A stretch of 64,000 nt of DNA from Piedraia hortae CBS 480.64 (taxonomy: Eukaryota), in NCBI GenBank assembly GCA_010093745.1, contig MU005973.1:62001-126000 (forward strand), given 5' to 3'. Positions within the stretch are counted from its first letter, which is position 1; every line of letters starts with the position of its first letter. Positions 23,510-33,941 of the stretch are shown one piece after another. The translations under genes and the position numbers were made by a program. A model generated the notes under the pieces. It was not told the DNA's origin, made no database searches, and saw only the letters and a list, made by a program, of their open reading frames with translations.

Positions 23510-25747
23510 GGCTGCATCACCTCATGGCGATGTTGGTATTGACAGATACCGTTGTTCAAGAGGATAAGCGAGTGAGAGAAACGGGCTGTAATGGAAAAAG
23601 AGTCGGAGGCACAAAGAGTGAGAGCCCTGCTCATGCACCCTCGCCTGTGTGGCCAGGCTAGCGAGGCGGGAGCCCCGGGAGGCGTACTGCCCGGACGGGA
23701 GGGCCGTGACGTATTGCGATTGGCTGAAGGAACGAAAAGCGGGCGATCCCTTGCAGGGGCGTTGGGTTTGGGGCGATTTGATGGACGATTGGTCAAATTT
23801 GCTACATCTATTTCATTGAAAGAGCAACAAATTGATTGGATGCACAGCCACGAATTGTCTCTGATCATTGATGGCCAACCGTCAATCACGTGGTATGACA
23901 AATGCAATATCAATCCCGAGGCCTTTCGCTTCACGACACTTGACACCGAACAGGTACAGTACAGATCCAGGCACATGGCAAGTAATCAGACAGCCCGGCC
24001 TGCGCTCTTGTACTACACCGTAAACCAGACATTGCACGCTTCCTAGACATTCAAAGACCTTGCTCCAACCAGCTTCGCAAGTAAAACTAAATCACTGCAC
24101 AAAGGCCACGTGCCATAATAACAGCACTCAAAGGTGCATTGGGCCACTCAACCACACGCTCACCTTCTCACTGCCAGAGAAGTATGTTACAGAGATCCAC
24201 CCTGAGCCCAACCTTGGCGCCTTCACCGTTGTTCCTCGCATTCGTTGGGTTGAAGATTATGATCATCTGAAGGTACAAAAACTGGTCCGAATTGCAAACT
24301 AACCTGTTTGCACATTTCCACCTCGCCTATGTGAGTTCGCGATAGGAATGATCGTCCACCACCATCCGAAAACAAGAACGTTGTTACGACGGTGACTACT
24401 TAACCTTGAAGAAACCTCATCTCCCACCGTATCTCCCATGACCCCGCTCATGCCGGTGCACATTTCATAAGGATCCTCATCGACGCACCGACTGCATGCC
24501 CGCTTGTTTGGGTTTGTCAGAATTCAGAACCGAAAAAGTAGATCTCCACTAACGGCGCACATGGCGCAGGCTGTGATACAGTATTCGGTACTCTCAACAT
24601 GTTTCTTTTTTTGATCACTACACGTTGTAGGCAGGATCTCCGATGCCGGCGCCTGCACAACGGTCAGACAAGCAATTCATAGGCTGCCTATTACAGCGGT
24701 ATTGTTAGCTGATTAGCGTCTAACCATAGCAATAACCTTGCCGATCGAATCATCGGCAATTTCTTTAATCCTGACAACGGCTGGCCGGGGAGCAGCTAGT
24801 GGCTTCTTAACTCAGAAGTTGCCCAAAGTGCCCAACTATGCCTGGTTGACAATTCTTCGCAGCTCAAAATAACTGGCCATCTCTATGGACGATATGAACA
24901 AGCGATAGGCTTTCCTATACTTTTGCACGCCTTTAAAGGCGACCAAGTCGAGTCAGACAATCTGGACAACAGGGCCTGCTGAGATTAGTCAGTAATGTTA
25001 TCATTTCAAATGCTTCCAGCTGAATGAGACAAAGTTGCAACAATGTGAGGGTTTGCAAAGAACCCTGTCAAATATCTTGGCAATCATCGGCCTGTGTAGA
25101 TTGCTTGTTTTGAAACCCGACACTGTTGGCTAGTCCACGGTAATCATGGAGATCGGATTTTTGTGTGGAGGCTGGAAAAAATTAGGAACGTCATACGGCG
25201 TAAGCAGTTGAATCTAGATGGTTCCGTCTCTATCAGATGAGAAGCTGATACAATGGATGAGTATGCTGCAAGATATGGCACGCTGCAGTAAGATCCTGAT
25301 TCAGATCAACCGCAATCTGAACTCGAGATTCAGGGATGGTTCGGACTGTAGCCATGGCGTACGTTTAGATGGTGCTAGGTTGATCAATCTCGCTTCATGA
25401 TATGTAGAGATAAGTAAATTGATCGAGGAAAAATCAGATGATATGAACCTCAATTTGACTGGGGAAAGTGGAGTGACAAGTCGGGAAGGAAGCGGTTCAG
25501 CTCGTTTTACGTCTCAAAATACAAGGCAGACAGCGTAGTAGGCACGGTGTTGCCCGAGGGTTGGGAACCAAAATTGACACATGAATGCGATTGGCCACAG
25601 TTGAAACTTTCGTTCCTGTTTATCGCAATATACGAGTCCGGCTCGGTCCGTATGCGCCGATCTTCCTCGTGACGTCTGGTGGCCATCATCTCCGCAATTT
25701 GATGTTCGCAGAGAGCAAAAACATGACAGCATGAGAGGTCGAGAATC

Positions 25748-27523
25748 ATGACTTCTGCAGTCGCGATATCGCCGGCGAATCGCTGGGATGGCATTGATGG
25801 CAATTGGTCGTCGTTCAACGTAGGCATTGGCCAACCTGCCCAGCGCATTCGTGCACTTGTCAGTTTCAAAGCCTATCAGACATGGGCCGTCGTGCCCGAA
25901 GGGTGCGCGTCAGCGGCCGATGTTGGCAGCTGTCAGCAAGCGCGTGGGGGTGTTTATGACAGCTCAAAGTCTTCATCCTACCGGTCTGTCGGCATCTTCG
26001 AGCTAGGCGTAGATGATGCGCTGGGCTACACCGGCAATGCAGAATTCGGGTACGATGCCGTCGCGTTACCCTCCGCAGTCAAGGTCGCCAATACTACCGT
26101 TGCAGGATATGCGCTCGACAACTTTTACCAGGGCATGATAGGTCTCAACCCAAAGCCGACGAACTTCACGTCCAAAGACCAGTCCCCAAGCTTCATGACC
26201 CTTTTGAAGCGTCAAGGGTCAATCGCAAGCCTATCAGCTGCCTATACGGCCGGTGCGCACTACCGCTCTGGCGGCGAGTATGCTGCACTGACATTAGGGG
26301 GCTACGATGCCGCTCAAGCAGTCGCAAATAATGTCTCGTTTTCCTTGACTGATGGTGAAGTTGTCGTTGGGATTCAAAATATCACAACCCCTTCAGTCAT
26401 CAGTGATAGCCCTCACGCAACTGAATTGCTCCCCGATCCCATGACTGCTGTGCTCGACCCTACGGTGCCCCATCTGTGGTTACCGCGCGAGGCTTGTCAA
26501 GCCTTTGAGATCGTATTCGGGATCGTCCATGACCAAGTAACGGACCTATACCTGGTTAATACGACCCAGCACGCTAAGCTCAGTCGCCAAAACCCAAACA
26601 TCACCTTCACCCTTTCGCCCGGTCTCCAGTCGGGCCCAACGGTCGACGTCGTTCTACCCTATGCCGCTTTTGATCTCACAGCCGGTGCCGGCTACCGCGA
26701 TCTAACCAACGATACCCTCTACTTTCCTCTGCGTCGAGCCAACGATTCGACCCAATACACTCTTGGAAGGACCTTCTTCCAGGAAGCATATGTTTCCGTA
26801 AACTGGGAAGCGCAGCAGTTCAACGTTTCGCAACGAAATTGGAACCAGAACGTCCCCTCACAACTCGTCACGATCCCTCCTGGCGACCATGTGCCGATTA
26901 ATATCACCGGCCAAGCCCATACTCCTCACGGCTTAAGCAAAGGCGCAATTGCCGGAATCGTCATTGGAGTTTTGGCCGCCCTAGCCATTCCAATACTATC
27001 ATTACTCTGTCTACGTCGTCGCCGCAACCGACGAAGACGTGCACGAGAAGCAGCACAACGAAAAGCTTCAAAAGAAGCATCAATAGCAAAGGAAACCGAG
27101 TACGAGCAATCAGAGGATGGACTCGTCTTCCCCAAAGCCGAGCTAGACGGAGCATTCACCGAGCCGGGGACGCCCGTAACAGCTTGCATGACGCCCGTAA
27201 CTCCATACGCCCCCTCAAGCATCGGCAACCGCGGCCACTGGTGCCGATCAAGCGATGCCGAATCGCCACGCACACCCACCGTGGGCGAGGGTACATATTC
27301 CAGCTCCACAACCGTCACGAACCCGTTCACGCCCACCGTCAGCGAGGCTGATGGGAAAGAGCGCCACATTTACGAAATGCCGGGCGACATGCCCGACATT
27401 TGGGAAAAGGATGGGAAATCCTTAAGTGAAAAGGAAGCGATGCAGTTTAGGGAGATGAAGTATAACGGTGTCCCAGAGCCGAGGAGGGCTTTTTCTTTTG
27501 AAGGGAAGCCTGGAGAGAAGTGA
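25748..27523 (+). CDS. Pepsin-like aspartic protease fold with single transmembrane helix and cytoplasmic tail; first catalytic Asp absent
   Basis: DGNWSSFNVGIGQPAQ, LTLGGYD, VLDPT, YTLGRTFFQEAYVSVNWE; TM GAIAGIVIGVLAALAIPILSLLCL followed by RRRRNRRRR. The position of DTG motif 1 reads LVSFK. Confidence 0.85.
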   Translation: MTSAVAISPANRWDGIDGNWSSFNVGIGQPAQRIRALVSFKAYQTWAVVPEGCASAADVGSCQQARGGVYDSSKSSSYRSVGIFELGVDDALGYTGNAEFGYDAVALPSAVKVANTTVAGYALDNFYQGMIGLNPKPTNFTSKDQSPSFMTLLKRQGSIASLSAAYTAGAHYRSGGEYAALTLGGYDAAQAVANNVSFSLTDGEVVVGIQNITTPSVISDSPHATELLPDPMTAVLDPTVPHLWLPREACQAFEIVFGIVHDQVTDLYLVNTTQHAKLSRQNPNITFTLSPGLQSGPTVDVVLPYAAFDLTAGAGYRDLTNDTLYFPLRRANDSTQYTLGRTFFQEAYVSVNWEAQQFNVSQRNWNQNVPSQLVTIPPGDHVPINITGQAHTPHGLSKGAIAGIVIGVLAALAIPILSLLCLRRRRNRRRRAREAAQRKASKEASIAKETEYEQSEDGLVFPKAELDGAFTEPGTPVTACMTPVTPYAPSSIGNRGHWCRSSDAESPRTPTVGEGTYSSSTTVTNPFTPTVSEADGKERHIYEMPGDMPDIWEKDGKSLSEKEAMQFREMKYNGVPEPRRAFSFEGKPGEK

Positions 27524-28008
27524 GCGAATCGAAGCCAGCATGGCTTTGTAACGACTGATGACGGCTGGGAAGGTGTCAAATACGACATGCGGATTCTTTT
27601 TAGAAAATGTCTAGTAGATAGTTAATGAGTACCATTCTCGAGGGAGGGATCAAGCTGTGCTATAAGTTGAACAATACCCACGCTTACACGAAGGTTGTCC
27701 TAGATGGTTACGAGTAACACTCTCGGTGGTCGTGAAACCCCTGTACACAGCACGTCAACCATAATGCAGGGACTGGATGCACCGCTGTCCCCAACCTCGT
27801 GGCGTGGTGACATTGCAGATCACGATTTTCGTGTCCCTGCCTCATCCTCGCAGATTGCCTTCCAAAATGGGTTAAATACCCTAGCTTTTTAGGCCTGGGG
27901 TACTCCATTAGCGCCTGTTCTACTTCCGCGAATCGCAGACTCTCATCCCATGCGAGACCATCTCTGTCCACCATCGAACCTGTCGTTCGCTAGAGAAATT
28001 ATCATCCA

Positions 28009-28683
28009 ATGTCTTCCAAGACGTGTTTCGTAACCATCGGCGCAACAGCGCAGTTTCCCGCTTTAATCACCGCCGCAACCTCACACCAGTTTCTCTCGGC
28101 GCTGCGCGACCTTTCCTACTCGGAACTCATGATACAATTCGGTCAAGAAGGGGAAGCGTTCTTTCTTGAAAAACTGAGTAACGCATTGAGGGAGGATAGC
28201 AACGACGATGAGAGCGCGGATAGGATCGTGAAAGAGATCGTAAGCAGGGACGACAGCCCTACGCTGGGAGACAATAGGCCGTACGATGAAGAGATCGAAA
28301 TCTACAGTGTAACCATTGCAAGGCTGCGGGTAAGAGGCTTCAATCTAGACCGGAGCGGGATGGAGAAATATATGTGCACGGCGAGGGATTCCGGGGGGGC
28401 CGTTATCTCGCATGCTGGTGCAGGAACGGTGCTAGAGGCTTTGATTAGTCGCTGTCCCTTGATCGTGGTGCCAAATTCTGCGCTGCTGGACAATCACCAG
28501 GTCGAGCTTGCGGAGGCATTGGCGGAGAAGGGTATGCTTGTGCATGGTTCGTGCGAGGGCCTGGCGGGAGATTTGGGGAGAATAGAGGCTTTGGGGAAGA
28601 AGAAGCAGATAACTTGGCCTCCGGAGGACTTTGGGGGAGGAGGACTTAAGGGGATTCTGGATAGGGAGATGGGATTGTCGTGA
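28009..28683 (+). CDS. ALG13: UDP-GlcNAc transferase subunit Alg13 (GT28 C-terminal family)
   Basis: FVTIGAT, VISHAGAGTVLEAL and LIVVPNSALLDNHQVELAEAL motifs. Confidence 0.9.
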   Translation: MSSKTCFVTIGATAQFPALITAATSHQFLSALRDLSYSELMIQFGQEGEAFFLEKLSNALREDSNDDESADRIVKEIVSRDDSPTLGDNRPYDEEIEIYSVTIARLRVRGFNLDRSGMEKYMCTARDSGGAVISHAGAGTVLEALISRCPLIVVPNSALLDNHQVELAEALAEKGMLVHGSCEGLAGDLGRIEALGKKKQITWPPEDFGGGGLKGILDREMGLS

Positions 28684-28741
28684 TGCGGAATCGTTCCGTC
28701 TTGACTTCACGCGGAGAGTTGTGACGAGAGTGCCATTTCCA

Positions 28742-29557
28742 ATGCCTCCCACCGCGCGACGCCTCATAGCTAGCGTTGTACCGCAATGCAAGACCCTGTC
28801 TCCGTCTGTGCAAATTCGCACGTTTGCGTCTCAGCAACAACAACAACCGGACAAGGAGCCCGAATATGACCTCACCGACATCTCGACTCTCGGCCACTAT
28901 GAGCTCGCGCAACACCGTGAGCTGCGCGAGATGATCCGCGTTGCGGCCTGGGACATGCCTCTTCTCAGCTCCTTGGCAAAGCCCTTTGAACGCGACCCCT
29001 CACATTTCCTTCGCTGGCGCTACACGACCTACATGGGCGAGGCGCATCCCGGCGCGGCCAAAGTTGTCGTTGAGTTCCGCCCTGATGAACTGCCCGGCCT
29101 GAACAAAGATGAACTTCATGCGCTGCTCCTCATCGCCGCTCAGAGATATAATCCCGTAAAGGGCGTGATCAAGATGTCGAGCGATACATATCCAGAAGCG
29201 GCGCAGAATAAGAGATACCTGGGCGATACGATTGGGAAGTTAATAGCCGAAGCTAAAGCGAATGCAGAGAAGTTCAAAGATATGCCCCTGGATACGAGAC
29301 ATGTGCGGAAGCCCAAATACGTGAAAAGAAGGTTCCCAGAGCATTGGAGATTAACGGAGCAGAGGAGGGAGCAACTGCTGGCGGAGAGGAAGGAACAGGA
29401 ATTGGAGGAGGGGAAGAGAGTCGATCATTCAAGGATCGTGGGCGGCTTGAGCGAACAGTTGGTCAAGTTGCCAGATGTCTCGAGGGAGCCTGATGTGGTC
29501 AAAGAGACTCGGAGAGAGGAGTCAAAAGAGGCTGTTTTGTTGAAAAGACGAAAGTAG
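28742..29557 (+). CDS. RSM24: Mitochondrial small-subunit ribosomal protein mS35
   Basis: GHYELAQHRELREMIRVAAWDMPLL, LRWRYTTYMGEAHPGAAKVVVEF, AQNKRYLGD and DMPLDTRH. ATG 28742 begins a presequence-like segment (MPPTARRLIAS). Confidence 0.88.
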   Translation: MPPTARRLIASVVPQCKTLSPSVQIRTFASQQQQQPDKEPEYDLTDISTLGHYELAQHRELREMIRVAAWDMPLLSSLAKPFERDPSHFLRWRYTTYMGEAHPGAAKVVVEFRPDELPGLNKDELHALLLIAAQRYNPVKGVIKMSSDTYPEAAQNKRYLGDTIGKLIAEAKANAEKFKDMPLDTRHVRKPKYVKRRFPEHWRLTEQRREQLLAERKEQELEEGKRVDHSRIVGGLSEQLVKLPDVSREPDVVKETRREESKEAVLLKRRK

Positions 29558-29740
29558 ATCCTAAAAGTGTGCATTAATTGTCTAAATCAAGTATCGTCTC
29601 AGTCATGGATGGAGGTAGCGTCCCACGAAGGCACCTTAGAAATCTTCACCTCTCTCAGGCCACAGCGACAAATCGTGTTATCACGGACCCTGATTATACA
29701 CGTATACCCATCGGGCTCGATGACAACCCCACCTTTACCG

Positions 29741-30760
29741 CTATGCTCCCGCGTGGGCAGTCAAGAACTGTCCCAATGCCGCTGGGTTGCGTGTTTGCAT
29801 GTAGACTGTTCCAGGGCCTAGCATTTTATTCAGCATGGTTGCAACACATCAACGAATCCACGTACCCGTGAACTTACACACCAGCCCTTCCGAGGCGGCG
29901 AGATTTGACAGTATGCCGCCGCTGGCGACCCTCTCCATGATATATGGACAGTTCCACGCGACTAGATGGTTATTGTCAATGATGTATCTTTCCCCGGGCT
30001 GCAAATGTTTGACCAGAATGGCGCCCACAGATGCGATCCAGACAAGTCCGACCCCGGATACTTTCAAAGTAAAGAGTCCCTCTCCAGAGAACATGGCTTT
30101 GCTCAGGCTTTGAGCTTTGTAGTCCTTGCTCACGCCCTGTGTGCAGGCGAGGAAAGCGTCCTTGGACATTGTCCATTCGGGCACGCCCTCGCCGACTTTG
30201 ATAGTTGCTATATCCCCCAGCCCCGTGGGTGCAAGCAAGAGTTCGCCCGGACCGGTAAATGTGCTAAATGCCATTTCAGAGCCGACAACAAACTTTTTGA
30301 TCCCGAATTTGAAAGAGCCTTTCAGGGTTATTGTTGGTGACATGGCGATCATCACGCCCGGCTTCACGGTCAAGGGGCAGCCAATGGCTAATTGAAGGGT
30401 CAAAAGCGAGTTTGTGTCTCGGTGGCTGATACGGTAAGATCCGCCGTTGAATGTGCCGACATCATCAGTCGTAGATCCGGTCCCGGTGAAGTTCACGGGC
30501 GCTTGCTGGAAGGATTGGTGGTGGGATACAGATGGTCTTTGAGAGCCTGGCGACCAGGGTGTAGTTGCTTCACTGTGTTCGTCATAGCCGCCTGAGGGGT
30601 ATGACTGGTTGTGCGGGTCTTGACGGTGTTAGCTTTGCTTCTCTTGCCTTTTCATTACTAAATTTACCCTGAGGAGGAGCTAACTCGTCAGTGGTTGAAC
30701 TTCTAATCAGAAAGATGACTTACGAGCAAAATATGGCACTTGATTCTGATTTTGAGACAT
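29741..30760 (-). CDS. AIM24-family protein (TRAP-like fold)
   Basis: [46 protein letters not shown] and [19 protein letters not shown]. Introns are 30723-30680, 30667-30619 and 29865-29818, with a 12-nt microexon at 30679-30668. Confidence 0.85.
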
Positions 30761-31120
30761 TATGAATGGTGTAGGTAGATGGGAGTGAAGATAGTAAGAG
30801 GGAAGAATGAGTGTCTAAGTCATCTCACAAGTCCTGGTCGCTCATATGCGGCCTGTAAGCGTGGGCGCGTCTGCAGGCGCTTAAGATGCATGATGACAGC
30901 CACTATATCTACAGGGCTGACAACCACGTGAGTAGATCAAGCGTAGCCTGGTATCAGAGTCTACATCTAAACTTTCATGATCAGGCAGCGGGTGTCAGCT
31001 CAACCTACTGCCTATTCTGGCGGATGACATGTCACGTCGTCCATCAAAGGTGACACTTGGTTAGGGTTAGGATCCTGACAGCTGCCACCAGCGCCATGCA
31101 GCACCCATAGGCCACGGACA

Positions 31121-31491
31121 ATGTCCACACCAGGCCCACTCGATCTAGTGGATCCCGCCGACGACGTGTCTACAATAGACTCCCTTCCTTCACCAACCAC
31201 CACATTTTCCTCATCAGGATCAGAATCAGACGCCGATGCAGAATGGACAGAGAGCATTCGCCAGTTGGAGCTTCTACTTACTATGGTGCTTGTTCCTCTT
31301 GTTGGAAAATACTATGGTCGAAAGGTAGCCTACTGGGGTATGTTGTACCGCATTGTATATGCCTTGGGCTGACAAAGAGCTATGTAGGCTGGGCTAAGTT
31401 CATGGAATGGAAATTCCCCGTTACAGTGGAAATCGCCAATCCGAAATCATTCAAAGCCGTGGGCGCGGTCGAAGCTGCTGCATCCTTGTAA
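31121..31491 (+). CDS. MIM2: Mitochondrial import (MIM complex) protein Mim2-like
   Basis: SDADAEWTESIRQLELLLTMVLVPLVGKYYGRKVAYWGWAKFMEWKFP after removing intron 31338-31387 (GTATGT..TAG). Confidence 0.75.
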
Positions 31492-32681
31492 TACTCTGTG
31501 GACACAATGCTGCGGGAAGCCAGAGACGCGAATGCAGTCGCGGGGTACAGTACACGGGAGGAACATGACTTTTCCATGCTGAAGTGGACGGTAGCAGCGA
31601 CTAGTGTGTTGAGATTGGCCTCCATTGCCTCGATGCCATTCGTCTCCTATTATAAAGTCGCAACTAGGACAAATTGGCGCTAAACTGCAATTACTAACGC
31701 TTGGAACTGGCGCCTGGGATTTATGCAACGCAATTAGCGGTCCAGATTGTCATCTAGTTTGATCAATGTCTCTTTCCAAACTTAGCCTGTAATGTGGCAC
31801 CCGAATAAAAATTTTTGGAATGCCAGATACCGTCAACTGCTCAAGGGTGACTGGCTTGGCATTTTGCTAAGGACTTTTGTCCTTCTGAGAAAAAGTAGGC
31901 TGACAAAGAGTTACCTGTACAGCATCGCCAGGCATTTCATTCGCTAATGCCTCCATTAACATCTGCCAGGACAGGATGCAAGGCTGCTGGCATTAGCTGT
32001 TTCTCCGCGCCGGTACAAGTTTGGAAACGCTGAGGTCGACTTGAGTGGGCATTTTGGTTACTCAACTGCAAACATGGAAATGTATCCTGCTTTCCATGTT
32101 TTGCTTCTTTCGCAACGATGAAATAATCTACAGGTTCTCGGCTATTGAACGGTGAACCTCAAAGCTCTTCGCTTGCGTCGTCAAAGGCGCCTGCTGGAGC
32201 TTGCAAAACGGATCCCATGGGCTAGGATGAAGCTGCAAACTGACTTTACCAGTCAATACTGCTGACAAGAAAATCTGGCCTTCGACTCATCTCCTCTGTT
32301 ATCAATCGCAAGTTATGCAGGTGGCTGACCGTTGCGATTGAAGCAGATGCATGACTGCCTATTAAGATTGTCTGCCCAAGAGAACCTCAATTCTGATCAG
32401 ACAGATCAGAATTGAATTTCCTAGTGCTGTTACATTCCGAAGAACTTGCACGCAATATAAGGGCGACATAAACTGACAAAACTCACGCAATGAATCCCGC
32501 CGTATGTCATTACTCCATCAAGCTCGGGACAACATGTACGCAATGAATGTATCAGCACATCTAAACGAGGAATGTGCACGAATGGTCCAGCAACTCAGCA
32601 AAGTAGAGAACTACTGTGAAACTTCTCTGCATGCGTTTCTTGCCTTCAACAGCTGACGGGACAGAACGGGTCATCACCAAT

Positions 32682-33941
32682 TTACCAAGTCAGTCCTCCT
32701 GTTTCATACTCTAGTTCACCAAACTCGGCAAGAAGCAGAGCAAGTGGTGCATTCCACGACATGACAACCTTCTTGACTTTCGGTAGGCCGAGTTTAAGAA
32801 GTCGCCCCAATTCCGACCATGCATCCTCTGGCCTCACTCCAGTTAGGCCGAGGCCAAGGATCGTGAAGCTTAGGAGTTGAGGGAACAGGACCTTATCATC
32901 GTTGAGCTGCAGCTGCGAGATGTCAATGGAGTCATAAACTATAAGCCCTTTCAGCTGGCGGCAACGGAGCCCCAGCTGCCTAAGGATTGTAGCGTTGAGG
33001 ACACCGAGTGTCCCGATTAAGAATCGCTCAAGCTTGGGCAACCCGTCGAAAAGTTGCTGCCAGTCCATGGTGCGAACAGGAAAATTGGTAGATGATCCGT
33101 TTTGAGAAATGTCAAGTACAAGCGTGGTCAGGTTAGACAACTTGGCAATCGAGGAAAATGCAAGACTATCCAGGGTGGTGGACGGGGGCTGGAATTGAAA
33201 CCCGTGGAGTTTGCCCCTGAGGTTCAGGTCCAACCTGTCCAGCTTTTTAAAGGTTGAAATGGCTTCTAGGACAACAGGGGCCGGCTTGCGAAGCGATAAC
33301 GCCAGTTGCCCGTCTATAGTCGCGATTTTCTGCACTTCCTCGATAGAAATGTGTATATGTGGCGAATTAGAAAGATGCTCGAGCAAAGTCTCACACACGT
33401 CGCGGCAGAGGTACATGCTCACGAGCTTGTCACGGCACAGGAGGTTGGGCAGGGTGTTGATAATAACTTCGTTCTCCAGATACCTGGTTATCATGACCTT
33501 CTCCAAGTTGACGAGGCGGTTGAGGAGGTCGCCCAACACATCCATGCTGTTTGGCTGATGCATCGACACACTTAACGTGCGTACGGTGCTGGGAATGCAG
33601 CGGTACACATTACGACCCAGCCGCTGTTGCATGTTTTTCTTGTTGCATGAGATATTCAAGAGTTTAAGGCGTGGCAATGATAAATTTCGCATCTTCTGAT
33701 CCCATCGATTACTAGGCTCGAGATCCAATACCCTTACAAAGTTTGCGAAGTCCTGGCGGTGTTCGTCCGGCACAGCTTCCAACATGCGGCTTTGTGTTTC
33801 TTGCCATAAAACTTCCCTTCCCGGCCCTGCCCACTCTTTGCAGACTTGAAAAAAGCTCCGCAGAGAGGTGTGGTCCGAGTACAGGTTCTCTGCAATTTTG
33901 CGCAGAACCTCGTCTGGCTGGTGCAAGTACTGAATCGGCAT
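32682..33941 (-). CDS. Intact intronless F-box-like/LRR (RNI-like) protein, 419 aa
   Basis: F-box-like N-terminus (PDEVLRKIAENL..SLRSFFQVCKEW), then LxxLxxLxL-type repeats (LPRLKLLNIS, LVNLEKVMI, LSNLTTLVLDIS, LPKLERFLI, FPQLLSFTI). Confidence 0.75.
   Translation of the reverse strand: MPIQYLHQPDEVLRKIAENLYSDHTSLRSFFQVCKEWAGPGREVLWQETQSRMLEAVPDEHRQDFANFVRVLDLEPSNRWDQKMRNLSLPRLKLLNISCNKKNMQQRLGRNVYRCIPSTVRTLSVSMHQPNSMDVLGDLLNRLVNLEKVMITRYLENEVIINTLPNLLCRDKLVSMYLCRDVCETLLEHLSNSPHIHISIEEVQKIATIDGQLALSLRKPAPVVLEAISTFKKLDRLDLNLRGKLHGFQFQPPSTTLDSLAFSSIAKLSNLTTLVLDISQNGSSTNFPVRTMDWQQLFDGLPKLERFLIGTLGVLNATILRQLGLRCRQLKGLIVYDSIDISQLQLNDDKVLFPQLLSFTILGLGLTGVRPEDAWSELGRLLKLGLPKVKKVVMSWNAPLALLLAEFGELEYETGGLTW

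Noticed and set aside
31059..31072. GGTTAGGGTTAGG telomere-like repeat
   Set aside because: There are only about two units, inside a promoter, which is expected by chance.
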